From Candidatus Omnitrophota bacterium (lineage in GTDB: Bacteria > Omnitrophota > Gorgyraeia > Zapsychrales > Fredricksoniimonadaceae): 39,643 nt of DNA. The notes beneath the pieces were generated by a model. It saw only the letters and a list, made by a program, of their open reading frames with translations, was not told where the DNA came from and ran no database searches. Position numbers and translations under genes: made by a program. The first letter of the stretch is position 1. Each line of letters opens with the position of its first letter. Positions 8,387-16,907 of the stretch are shown here, one piece after another. The stretch lies in contig JAGNTT010000002.1 in NCBI GenBank assembly GCA_017987425.1, forward strand, positions 1 through 39,643, given 5' to 3'.

Positions 8387-9328
8387 TTACTTCCCGCTGG
8401 CGTCATAGGCCTCGATGATCTTCTGGATCAATTCGTGGCGCACGGTATCTTCGCTTGTCAGGTGGATAAATTTGATTTCAGAAATGTTTTTGAGCTTTTC
8501 CATCGCGTCAACAAGCCCGATCCGTTCACCCTGCGGCAGATCGCTTTGGGTGATGTCGCCGGTGATGACCGTCTTGGAATCAAAACCGAGACGCGTCAAA
8601 AACATCTTCATCTGCTCCGGCGTGCTGTTTTGCGCCTCATCCAGAATGACAAACGCTTCATTTAAGGTTCTCCCGCGCATGAAGGCAAGCGGGGCCACTT
8701 CAATGATCCCCTGCTCAGCGTACTGCTCAACTTTTTCCGCTTCCATCATATCCCGTAAAGCATCATACAACGGACGCAGATAAGGTGAAACTTTTTCCAC
8801 TAAATCTCCAGGCAAAAAACCGAGATTTTCACCGGCCTCAACAGCGGGACGCGTCAAAATGATGCGGCGCACCAGACCTTTCTTCAAGGCGTTGACCGCC
8901 ATGGCCATGGCCAGATACGTTTTACCGGTACCGGCGGGGCCGATGCCGAAAACAATGTCATAATTCTTGATGGCCTCGACATATTCGATCTGCCCTTTGG
9001 TTTTGGGCGTGACCAAGCTGCCGGAAACCTCGATCTTTTCCTTTGCCAGACGCTTGAAGTCAAAATCTTTATCTTTCTCGACAAGCCTCAGGGCATAAAT
9101 GATATCACGCTTCTTAACGTCCCTGCCCTTTTCAACAAAAGAATACAGATAATTGAAAAGCTCATTGGCTTTCTGCATCTGCGCTTCTTCGCCGATGATC
9201 TTGATGCCTTCGTTTTCCCGGCTGATCTTGACGTTAAGTTCTTTTTCAATGATCTTGAGATTCTGATCATACCGGCCGAACAAAAGCTGTATGGCTTTAT
9301 TTTGATCGAATTTTAAAAAAATCTGCAT
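8387..9328 (-). CDS. phoH: PhoH-like ATPase
   Basis: 313 aa with Walker A GPAGTGKT and a Walker B-like ILDEAQN, in the conserved position upstream of the HD gene and ybeY. Confidence 0.9.
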   Translation of the reverse strand: MQIFLKFDQNKAIQLLFGRYDQNLKIIEKELNVKISRENEGIKIIGEEAQMQKANELFNYLYSFVEKGRDVKKRDIIYALRLVEKDKDFDFKRLAKEKIEVSGSLVTPKTKGQIEYVEAIKNYDIVFGIGPAGTGKTYLAMAMAVNALKKGLVRRIILTRPAVEAGENLGFLPGDLVEKVSPYLRPLYDALRDMMEAEKVEQYAEQGIIEVAPLAFMRGRTLNEAFVILDEAQNSTPEQMKMFLTRLGFDSKTVITGDITQSDLPQGERIGLVDAMEKLKNISEIKFIHLTSEDTVRHELIQKIIEAYDASGK

Positions 9329-9342
9329 GTGCGCCTTCTTCG

Positions 9343-9906
9343 TTATTCAAGGGGAGGAATGGTTATGACTGTCCCCGGCTTTACAAAATTCGGGTTCTTA
9401 ATTTTATCTTTGTTCGCATCGTATATTTTGGTCCATTTGCCATGAGATCCGTAAACTTTCTTGGAAATTTTTTGAAGTGTGTCGTCTTTCATGACCGTGT
9501 ACTGCATGCCGGACACTGATAAGTCAGTCGCCGCAATCTGGCCTGCCTTTTCATCGTCGCCAATATAAGGAATGGTAATACCCTGCTGCTTGGCGGGTTC
9601 GGCTGCCGGCGCCGCAATCGTGGTCGTTGTGATTGTCGCGGATTCAGCCGCTTGCGCGGCCTGTGCGGCCTTCTCAGCCTCCAGCTTCTTTTTTCGGTCA
9701 AACTCAAAAACGTAAATGCGGCGGGTCGAACGTCCATCAATCGAATCGCCCTCCTTCTTATCCCCACCGATGTAACCGGAGTTGCCGGTATTAGCCTGAT
9801 CCACGCGCGGACGGTCAACCGCATAAAATCTGGGTTTAGACACGCATCCCGCGGCGGTAAACACCACCGCACACGACACAACGCTTAAAAGCAATCGGAA
9901 TCTCAT
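9343..9906 (-). CDS. LysM-domain lipoprotein
   Basis: Signal peptide plus lipobox (VFTAAG/C), an Ala/Thr/Gln-rich linker, and a C-terminal LysM-like segment YTVMKDDTLQKISKKVYG...KPGTVITIP. A strong RBS (AAGGAG) lies upstream. Confidence 0.75.
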   Translation of the reverse strand: MRFRLLLSVVSCAVVFTAAGCVSKPRFYAVDRPRVDQANTGNSGYIGGDKKEGDSIDGRSTRRIYVFEFDRKKKLEAEKAAQAAQAAESATITTTTIAAPAAEPAKQQGITIPYIGDDEKAGQIAATDLSVSGMQYTVMKDDTLQKISKKVYGSHGKWTKIYDANKDKIKNPNFVKPGTVITIPPLE

Positions 9907-10010
9907 TCGATCTCCTTTTTTAAGTAAGCAGTATGCACTAGACAGTATGCAGAAATCTTTTACCCAGGCAATCTATCAGCACTTTCATTCTTCTGCTTAC
10001 TACTTACTTC

Positions 10011-11405
10011 CTACTGCTTACTTGTCTTCAACGCCACCAGTCCGAGTTCTTTCAACTGTTTCTCATCAACGGACGACGGCGCTTCCGTCATCAAACAGCT
10101 TCCGCTCTGCGTCTTCGGGAAAGCAATGACATCGCGGATGGAATCGAGGCCGTTTAAAATGGTGGTCAGGCGGTCGATCCCGTAAGCGACACCGGCGTGC
10201 GGCGGCGCCCCGTACTCAAACGCACGCAATAAAAATCCGAAACGCTTCTGCGCTTCTTCACTGCTGAGTCCGATTATATCAAAAATTTTCTGCTGCAACT
10301 CGCGATTGTGGATACGAACCGAACCGCTGCCGATCTCATTGCCGTTTAAGACAAGATCGTATGCGCGTGACCGGACTTTGGCATACTCCCCTTTTTCCAG
10401 CAAAGAAACATCTTCGGGCATAACCGACGTGAACGGATGATGTTCACTGTCCCAGCGTTTTTCGTCGGCATTATATTTTAATAAAGGAAATTCGGTCACC
10501 CAAAGAAAAGCGAAATCCTGTCCTTCTTTGCGGATGTCCGGTTTGTCGGAATTATATTTCTCCATCGCCTCGCGGTGGGTCATGCGCGGAAACGGAATGG
10601 GCAGATCGATCCCTTTGATCTCTTTAAAAATTTTCTGGTAGAGACGTTCGGTCACCGAAAAGATATCCTCCTCATCAACGAACGACATCTCCATATCGAG
10701 CTGGGTGAATTCCGGCTGACGGTCAGCGCGCAAATCTTCGTCGCGGAAACATTTAACAATTTGGAAATAACGGTCCATGCCCGCGACCATAAGGATTTGC
10801 TTGAACAGCTGCGGGGACTGCGGCAGCGCGAAGAATTCGCCCAGCTTCAGACGTGAAGGAACTAAAAAGTCGCGCGCGCCTTCCGGAGTGGATTTAGTCA
10901 GGACCGGCGTTTCAATTTCAAAAAAGTTTTCCTGGTTTAAAAACTGACGGATGGTGGAACAAATCTGGTGACGGGTCTTAAGGTTGTTGAGAACTTTAGG
11001 CCTTCTTAAATCAAGATAGCGGTACGTCAGGCGAACATCTTCGGAAGCCAGCGAATTATCATCGATCTCAAATGCCGGCACAAGACTGGGATTTAGAATT
11101 TCCAATCCTTGGGCCAGAATTTCAACGTCGCCGGTCGCAATGTCCTTATTCACGTTCTTTTCCGGGCGGACATTCACGGTTCCGGTAATCTTCACAACAA
11201 ATTCGGGTCCGAGCTTCTCCGCAATCAAGTGAACTTCCGGAGCCACCGATTTAACGAAAACGACCTGGGTGATTCCGTAACGGTCGCGGATGTCGATAAA
11301 AATCAATTTTCCCTGATCGCGGCGGCGATGGATCCAGCCGCAGAGCGTCACTGTCTGATCTTTGAAATTTTTGTTCAATTCTCCACAAGTATGCGTACGC
11401 AACAT
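10011..11405 (-). CDS. aspS: Aspartyl-tRNA synthetase, bacterial type but without the GAD insertion domain
   Basis: Class II motifs are present: [31 protein letters not shown] and [12 protein letters not shown]. The protein is 464 aa versus about 590 in E. coli. The sequence runs [24 protein letters not shown] where the insertion of about 125 aa normally sits. Confidence 0.9.
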   Translation of the reverse strand: MLRTHTCGELNKNFKDQTVTLCGWIHRRRDQGKLIFIDIRDRYGITQVVFVKSVAPEVHLIAEKLGPEFVVKITGTVNVRPEKNVNKDIATGDVEILAQGLEILNPSLVPAFEIDDNSLASEDVRLTYRYLDLRRPKVLNNLKTRHQICSTIRQFLNQENFFEIETPVLTKSTPEGARDFLVPSRLKLGEFFALPQSPQLFKQILMVAGMDRYFQIVKCFRDEDLRADRQPEFTQLDMEMSFVDEEDIFSVTERLYQKIFKEIKGIDLPIPFPRMTHREAMEKYNSDKPDIRKEGQDFAFLWVTEFPLLKYNADEKRWDSEHHPFTSVMPEDVSLLEKGEYAKVRSRAYDLVLNGNEIGSGSVRIHNRELQQKIFDIIGLSSEEAQKRFGFLLRAFEYGAPPHAGVAYGIDRLTTILNGLDSIRDVIAFPKTQSGSCLMTEAPSSVDEKQLKELGLVALKTSKQ

Positions 11406-11436
11406 TGAAACCTCTTTCCTAATACAAATATTGTAC

Positions 11437-11455
11437 GGGCGGTCAATGACCGCCC
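11437..11455 (-). terminator. Hairpin immediately after the hisS stop (weak terminator or processing site)
   Basis: Palindrome GGGCGGTCAaTGACCGCCC starts 1 nt after the TAG of hisS and is followed on the minus strand by a moderately U-rich gtacaatatttgtatt. The aspS RBS (aggaaagagg) follows. Confidence 0.3.
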
Positions 11456-12799
11456 CTACGTTATTTTCTTTTTTAAATATTCAACCACTTCATCCCAGCC
11501 GACCAATTCCTGATCGCCGGTTGACATATTTTTCACAATGACCGAATGACTTTTTTCTTCATCATCGCCCAAAATCAAAACATATTTGGCACCGCGTTTA
11601 TCCGCGAGACGCATCTGACTTCTCATCGAACCGCCGGGACGATGGGCCATATCGCAGCTGACATTGCTTTTGCGGATAAAATCCGTGATGACGAAAGCTC
11701 TTTTGTACGCCGCTTCTCCAAGCGCCACCATAAAAGAATCAAGCTTACGTTCCGGAGAAGCGCCTTCACCCGTTGACAAAAGTATGCGTTCCATGCCGAG
11801 CGCGAAACCGACCGCGTCCGCGGCGGGACCGCCCAACTCGGAAACTAATCCGTTATATCTTCCGCCGGCGCCAAGCGCGTCCTGGCTTCCCAATCCTCCG
11901 CCGATGAACTCGAAAACCGTATGCGTATAGTAATCCAGACCGCGGACGAGTTTTGGATCGTACTCACAGGCAATGCTCAAACTCGCCACCGATTCACGAA
12001 CTTCTTTGAAATACTTCCGGCTTTCTGCCGAAAGATGTTGATCACCAAATTCGAGCGCATTGACAATCGCCTGGCATCCGGAATTCTTGCAGTCGAGAAC
12101 GCGGAAAACGTTACGGTCAAAACGGCTGCGGCAGTCTTCGCATAAATCATTCAGTTTAGGCTTCAATTGTTCGCGCAATATTTTGGAAAAATTTTCTTTG
12201 TCTTCTTTGGTACCAAGGCTATTGATTTTGAGCTTGAATCCGGAGAGACCGAACTCCTGCAAAAGACGGACGGCAACGCCGATGACCTCGGCATCCAGAT
12301 AAGGAGACGCGGTGTCGACACCGATGGCTTCGACACCGATTTGATGGAACTGGCGAAGGCGTCCCTTCTGGGGGCGTTCGCCGCGGAACATGGGACCGAT
12401 ATAAAAAAGCTTCGATATTCCTTCTTGCACATCCAAACGGTTTTCAATGTAAGAGCGGACAACAGAAGCAGTCCCTTCGGGACGCAACGCATAGATTTCT
12501 TTATTAACAAGCTCTGAAATTAGCCCACTAATGTTTTGATTGGATTTGGCTGCTTCTTTTAACTCTTCAATGAATGGCGAGACAGGAAAAATTTCCAAAA
12601 GCTGTTTGTTGACAACATCGCTCGTCTGGCCCATCGAGCGCTTGAACAAATTGATGTCTTCATAAATAGGCGTGCGGATTTCGGAAAAACCATAGAGTTT
12701 CAATGTGTCCCTGGCCTTGGACTCGAGTTTCTCCCAAAGCGGCATGGCGGCCGGCAATACATCGGACGTGCCTCGGGGTATGGAAAATTGTTTGGTCAT
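11456..12799 (-). CDS. hisS: Histidyl-tRNA synthetase
   Basis: 447 aa with [31 protein letters not shown] and GGRYNGL motifs. An extra segment of about 23 aa ([27 protein letters not shown]) lies before LRPEGT compared with E. coli HisRS. Confidence 0.9.
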   Translation of the reverse strand: MTKQFSIPRGTSDVLPAAMPLWEKLESKARDTLKLYGFSEIRTPIYEDINLFKRSMGQTSDVVNKQLLEIFPVSPFIEELKEAAKSNQNISGLISELVNKEIYALRPEGTASVVRSYIENRLDVQEGISKLFYIGPMFRGERPQKGRLRQFHQIGVEAIGVDTASPYLDAEVIGVAVRLLQEFGLSGFKLKINSLGTKEDKENFSKILREQLKPKLNDLCEDCRSRFDRNVFRVLDCKNSGCQAIVNALEFGDQHLSAESRKYFKEVRESVASLSIACEYDPKLVRGLDYYTHTVFEFIGGGLGSQDALGAGGRYNGLVSELGGPAADAVGFALGMERILLSTGEGASPERKLDSFMVALGEAAYKRAFVITDFIRKSNVSCDMAHRPGGSMRSQMRLADKRGAKYVLILGDDEEKSHSVIVKNMSTGDQELVGWDEVVEYLKKKIT

Positions 12800-12810
12800 A
12801 AGTACTCAGG

Positions 12811-12840
12811 AAAAACGCAAGGGCACGGCATGCCGTGCCC
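12811..12840 (-). terminator. Intrinsic terminator-like hairpin 11 nt upstream of the hisS ATG
   Basis: Perfect 20-nt palindrome GGGCACGGCATGCCGTGCCC (12821-12840), followed on the minus strand by ttgcgttttt. The hisS ATG (12799) follows 11 nt after the U run. Confidence 0.6.
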
Positions 12841-12968
12841 TGATTGACCTTTCTTTGTTCAACTGACAAACATCTTCAATTCCAACAACAGCAACTTGTT
12901 GGGAAAGAAAGGTCAACAATATTATTGATTGAACTGTTTAAACACCGATCTTAAGCCTCGTTGAATCA

Positions 12969-13241
12969 TTATTTCATTTTATGTTTCATTTCCAGACCGG
13001 GCTTAAAGACCACCACTTTGCGGGGCGGGACCGGAACACTTTGGCCGGTACGAGGATTGCGGCCGAAGCGTGCGCGGCGTTCCTTGATCTTAAACACGCC
13101 GAAGTTGCGCAGCTCGACTTTTTCACCGCGCATAAGGCTGTCGACGATGACATCAAACGTTTTCTGAACAATCTTTTTGACGTCAACCTGTTTAATGCCC
13201 GTCATATCCGTGATGCGTAATACAATATCTTTTTTTGTCAT
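12969..13241 (-). CDS. hup: HU/IHF-family DNA-binding protein
   Basis: MTKKDIV... with the RNPRTG arm motif. The start was moved to ATG 13241, which has a GGAGGA RBS about 9 nt upstream; the track start at 13280 is an upstream extension. Confidence 0.85.
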   Translation of the reverse strand: MTKKDIVLRITDMTGIKQVDVKKIVQKTFDVIVDSLMRGEKVELRNFGVFKIKERRARFGRNPRTGQSVPVPPRKVVVFKPGLEMKHKMK

Positions 13242-13305
13242 GAGTTTTGTCTCCTCCAGACGGACACATGCGCCCGTCAACCCTTAGAATGTTAATTACG
13301 TAACC

Positions 13306-13334
13306 ATAGTATCAACATGGGTTTATGGTGTCAA
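13306..13334 (-). promoter_or_regulatory. Sigma70-type promoter for hup
   Basis: On the minus strand: TTGACA (13334-13329), 17-nt spacer, TACTAT (13311-13306). Confidence 0.5.
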
Positions 13335-13385
13335 GTAATTTAACGGCCGGATGCGGAATGCCGGCAGTTCGACGGTGACGGCAGT

Positions 13386-16300
13386 TTAGATCACGACGTG
13401 CAGATGTTTTTCACCGACCAATCCCTTGATCTCATCGATAAGCACTTCGCTGGGCGAAACATAAAGCTCCCGTCCCACCTTGATCTGGACACTCTTATAA
13501 TTTTTTGTATCTAATTGCAAACAAACAGGTATCCGACCGGGGAATCGCGCCAGCTTATTTTTGATCAAGTCCAGATTCTCAACACCGAACTCGGAAACAT
13601 CCACATTGATCTGCTTGATGAGTTTGTAAACCTCATCAATGCCTTTGACGTCGCTGATAATCATTTTTGGCGGATCTTCCTTCAGACTTGCCCGTCCCTT
13701 CACGATAACGACAATACCTTCCTTAAGTGAATTGGCAATATTGGGATACGAAGACGGAAAAATCACCGCTTCCAATTCTCCTTCAACATCTTCCAGACGT
13801 ATGATGGCCATGCGCTCACCGGTCTTCTTGGTGGTCGTCAGCTTGACCGCTTTTAGAAGAGCAACAATTTTAACTTCCTGCCCATCAATAACCTTGCGGA
13901 TCGATTTGGTGGTGCAGTCGGAAAATTCCGCAATCTCATTTTTATAACGGTCCAGCGGATGACCGCTCAGATAAAACCCGAGCAGTTCTTTTTCATAGCC
14001 CAGAATCTGCGACTGCGGCCATTCTTTGATGTCGGGCACACTTTCGATATTTTTGTTAAAACCGCCCGAGTCATTCCCCATCGAAAAAAATGAAATCTGT
14101 CCGGTTTCCTGTTCCTGCTGAGATTTGATGCCGACCTCGAGGGCGCGTTCCGACATTGCCAATAACTGGGAACGGAACAATTTAAAACCGTCCATCGCTC
14201 CGCACTTGATGAGACTTTCAACAACTTTACGGTTGTTAAGACGCAAATCAACCCGGTTGCAGAAATCAAATATCGATTGGAACGGGCCGTTCTTTTGACG
14301 TTCGGCGACAGCTGATTCGATCGCCAGTCCGCCGACGTTTTTGACGGCGAGCAACCCGTAATCGATCACGCGTTCACCGATAACGTTAAAAGCGGCAAGG
14401 CCGGTATTGATATTGGGCGGCAGAACTTTGATGCCCATGACCGAAGCCTCTTTGACATATTCGACGACCTTTTCAGTATTATCTTTTTCGCTTGTCAGAA
14501 GCGCGCACATAAACTCAACCGGGAAATTGGCTTTCAAATATGCCGTGCGGTACGTGATGAGCGCGTAGGCCGCCGAATGGCTGCGATTAAAACCGTAACC
14601 GGAAAAATAATCGATCAAATCGAAAAGCTTGTTGGCTTCGAATTCGGAAATGTTGCTGGTTTTCTGACAGCCGATAACAAACTGCTGCCGCACTTTCTCC
14701 ATGACATCGACGATCTTCTTACTCATCGCCCGCCGGAGATCATCGGCCTGGGCCATGCTGAAACCGGCCAGGACGTTGGCGATCTGCATAACCTGTTCCT
14801 GATAAACAATGATGCCGTAGGTGTCCCTCAAAACCCCTTCGAGTTTCGCATGCGGATATTTGATGGGCGCTTCCCCGCGCTTGCGTTTGATGAAATCATC
14901 CAACATCCCGCTTCCCATGGGTCCCGGACGATACAAAGCCAAAATGGCAACGAGATCTTCAAATTGGGACGGCTTCATCTTTTTAAGCAAATCACGCATA
15001 CCCGCGCTTTCCAGCTGGAACACTCCGAAGCTGCTGGCGGCGCTGAGCATTTCGTAGGCTTTTTTGTCGTCGAATGTAATGGTGTTGATATCAACGTCAA
15101 TGCCGCGCGTACGTTTGATGAGCTTGATCGCCTCATCGATGACGGTGAGCGTTCGCAAGCCCAAGAAGTCCATCTTCAGGAGACCGATCTTGGAAACGCC
15201 GTCCATGTCGTAACCGGTTGTGATCTGACCGTCCGTACCTTTACACAGAGGAACATATTCCGTCAGCGGCTTATCGGAGATGACAACACCGGCGGCATGC
15301 ACGGAAGAATGACGATTTAAACCCTCGAGGACCTGGGCTGTGTCGATCAATTGCTTGGCGATTCGATCGGTCTCAATAAGACCACGCAACTGCGGCTCCA
15401 CCTGGAGCGCCTTGTCGATCGTAATGCCGAGATCATTCGGTATGAGTTTAGCGATGCGATCAACCTCGGAATAAGCCATGTCCATGGCGCGTCCCACGTC
15501 GCGCACGGCTGCTTTCGCCTGCATGGTCCCGAACGTGATGATCTGCGCAACGTTGTCCTTGCCGTATTTACGGGAGACGTATTCAATGACCTCGCCTCGG
15601 CGTTCGTAACAAAAGTCGATGTCGATATCAGGCATGCCCGCGCGGTCGGGATTAAGAAAGCGTTCGAAGAGAAGTTTGTATTTCAGCGGATCAAGATCGG
15701 TGATCCCTAAAAGATAACTGACCATGCTTCCGGCCGCCGAACCGCGCCCGGGCCCTACGGGAATCCCCTTGCTCTTGGCATAATGAATAAAGTCCCAAAC
15801 GATCAGAAAATAGCTGATGAATCCCATTTTCTCGATGGTCGCAAGCTCATGTTCAAGGCGCACAGAAAGTTCCGGCGTTTTTTGTCCGTAACGCCTGATC
15901 AGCCCCTCTTCGCATAATTCGCGAAAATAAACTTCCTTGAGCTTTCCATCAGGAGGATCGTAACGAGGTAAATGGTATTGGTCAAAATCGAGTTTAAGAT
16001 TGCATTTCTCAGCGATCTCAAGCGTGCTTCGAAGCGCCTGCGGTGCCCAATGAAATTGAGCCGCCATCTCCTGAGGCGTCTTGAAATAAAAATTGTCTGA
16101 CGCTAGTTTCATACGTTTGGGATCGGTCAGCACCGTCTGCGTCTGAATGCACAATAGCGTTTCATGCGCTGCATGCTGGTCGTGCTCTAAATAATGAATA
16201 TCGTTGGTGGCCACAACAGGCAGCTTAAGTTCACGGGCAATCTTCAAAAGATCTTGGTTGACCTTTTTCTGTTCGATGAGTTCATGGTCCATGAGTTCGA

Positions 16301-16814
16301 TGTAGAAATTACCGGGACCGAAGATATTCGACAATTCATCCGCAGCCTTGAGCGCCGCATTATAATCGCCCCGCATCAGATAGGAGGCAACCTCTCCTTT
16401 TAAACAACCGGAAGCGGCCATAAGCCCTTTGGCGTGTTGAGCCAAAAGCTGCTTATCCATGCGCGGCTTATAATAAAAACCTTCCAGATAACCGGCGGAA
16501 ACAAGTTTCAAAAGGTTTTTGTATCCGTCGATGTCGCGGGAAAATAATGTCAGGTGGTTGGTATATGACTGGGGAGTTTTTTCATTGCGATGGCCGCTGG
16601 CAACATAAGCCTCGCATCCGATGATGGGTTTAACGCCGGCCTTCTTGGCCGCTTTATAAAAATCAATAGCCCCAAAAATATTTCCGTGATCGGTAATGGC
16701 CAGCGCTGACATTTTATTGTCGGCCGCCTTATTGACCAGCCCCTCGATACGGCAGGCCCCGTCGAGAAGGCTGTATTGGGTATGAACGTGAAGATGGATG
16801 AACTCGGAGGACAT
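13386..16814 (-). CDS. dnaE: DNA polymerase III alpha subunit
   Basis: 1142 aa with an N-terminal PHP domain (FIHLHVHTQYSLLDG) and Pol III alpha core and OB-fold regions. Confidence 0.95.
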   Translation of the reverse strand: MSSEFIHLHVHTQYSLLDGACRIEGLVNKAADNKMSALAITDHGNIFGAIDFYKAAKKAGVKPIIGCEAYVASGHRNEKTPQSYTNHLTLFSRDIDGYKNLLKLVSAGYLEGFYYKPRMDKQLLAQHAKGLMAASGCLKGEVASYLMRGDYNAALKAADELSNIFGPGNFYIELMDHELIEQKKVNQDLLKIARELKLPVVATNDIHYLEHDQHAAHETLLCIQTQTVLTDPKRMKLASDNFYFKTPQEMAAQFHWAPQALRSTLEIAEKCNLKLDFDQYHLPRYDPPDGKLKEVYFRELCEEGLIRRYGQKTPELSVRLEHELATIEKMGFISYFLIVWDFIHYAKSKGIPVGPGRGSAAGSMVSYLLGITDLDPLKYKLLFERFLNPDRAGMPDIDIDFCYERRGEVIEYVSRKYGKDNVAQIITFGTMQAKAAVRDVGRAMDMAYSEVDRIAKLIPNDLGITIDKALQVEPQLRGLIETDRIAKQLIDTAQVLEGLNRHSSVHAAGVVISDKPLTEYVPLCKGTDGQITTGYDMDGVSKIGLLKMDFLGLRTLTVIDEAIKLIKRTRGIDVDINTITFDDKKAYEMLSAASSFGVFQLESAGMRDLLKKMKPSQFEDLVAILALYRPGPMGSGMLDDFIKRKRGEAPIKYPHAKLEGVLRDTYGIIVYQEQVMQIANVLAGFSMAQADDLRRAMSKKIVDVMEKVRQQFVIGCQKTSNISEFEANKLFDLIDYFSGYGFNRSHSAAYALITYRTAYLKANFPVEFMCALLTSEKDNTEKVVEYVKEASVMGIKVLPPNINTGLAAFNVIGERVIDYGLLAVKNVGGLAIESAVAERQKNGPFQSIFDFCNRVDLRLNNRKVVESLIKCGAMDGFKLFRSQLLAMSERALEVGIKSQQEQETGQISFFSMGNDSGGFNKNIESVPDIKEWPQSQILGYEKELLGFYLSGHPLDRYKNEIAEFSDCTTKSIRKVIDGQEVKIVALLKAVKLTTTKKTGERMAIIRLEDVEGELEAVIFPSSYPNIANSLKEGIVVIVKGRASLKEDPPKMIISDVKGIDEVYKLIKQINVDVSEFGVENLDLIKNKLARFPGRIPVCLQLDTKNYKSVQIKVGRELYVSPSEVLIDEIKGLVGEKHLHVVI

Positions 16815-16818
16815 ATTG

Positions 16819-16903
16819 AAGTGCTCAGTGGTCAGGGGTCGATGGTCAGAAAGTGCTCAGTAGATCATTTGGTTTCACCACTGATCACTGAGCACTGACC
16901 ACT
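16819..16903. repeat. Heptamer-based intergenic hairpin element, copy B
   Basis: AGTGCTCAGTGGTCAG (16820-16835) and a second copy AGTGCTCAGTAGATCA (16852-16867) are both complementary to CTGATCACTGAGCACT (16881-16896). The arms are tandem TCAGTGG-type and CCACTGA-type heptamers. The element fills the guaA-dnaE spacer and ends 5 nt from the dnaE ATG. Confidence 0.5.
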
Positions 16904-16907
16904 TAAA

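Noticed and set aside
12821-12840. Sigma54 -24/-12 promoter (GGCACG…TGC) in the palindrome upstream of hisS
   Set aside because: The GG-to-GC spacing is 2 nt too short for the TGGCACG-N4-TTGC consensus. The perfect palindrome plus U tract fits a terminator better.
12800-12968. T-box riboswitch or His leader-peptide attenuator upstream of hisS
   Set aside because: No T-box consensus sequence, no specifier-loop or Stem I features, and no His-codon-rich small ORF. It is retained only as an unexplained structured spacer.
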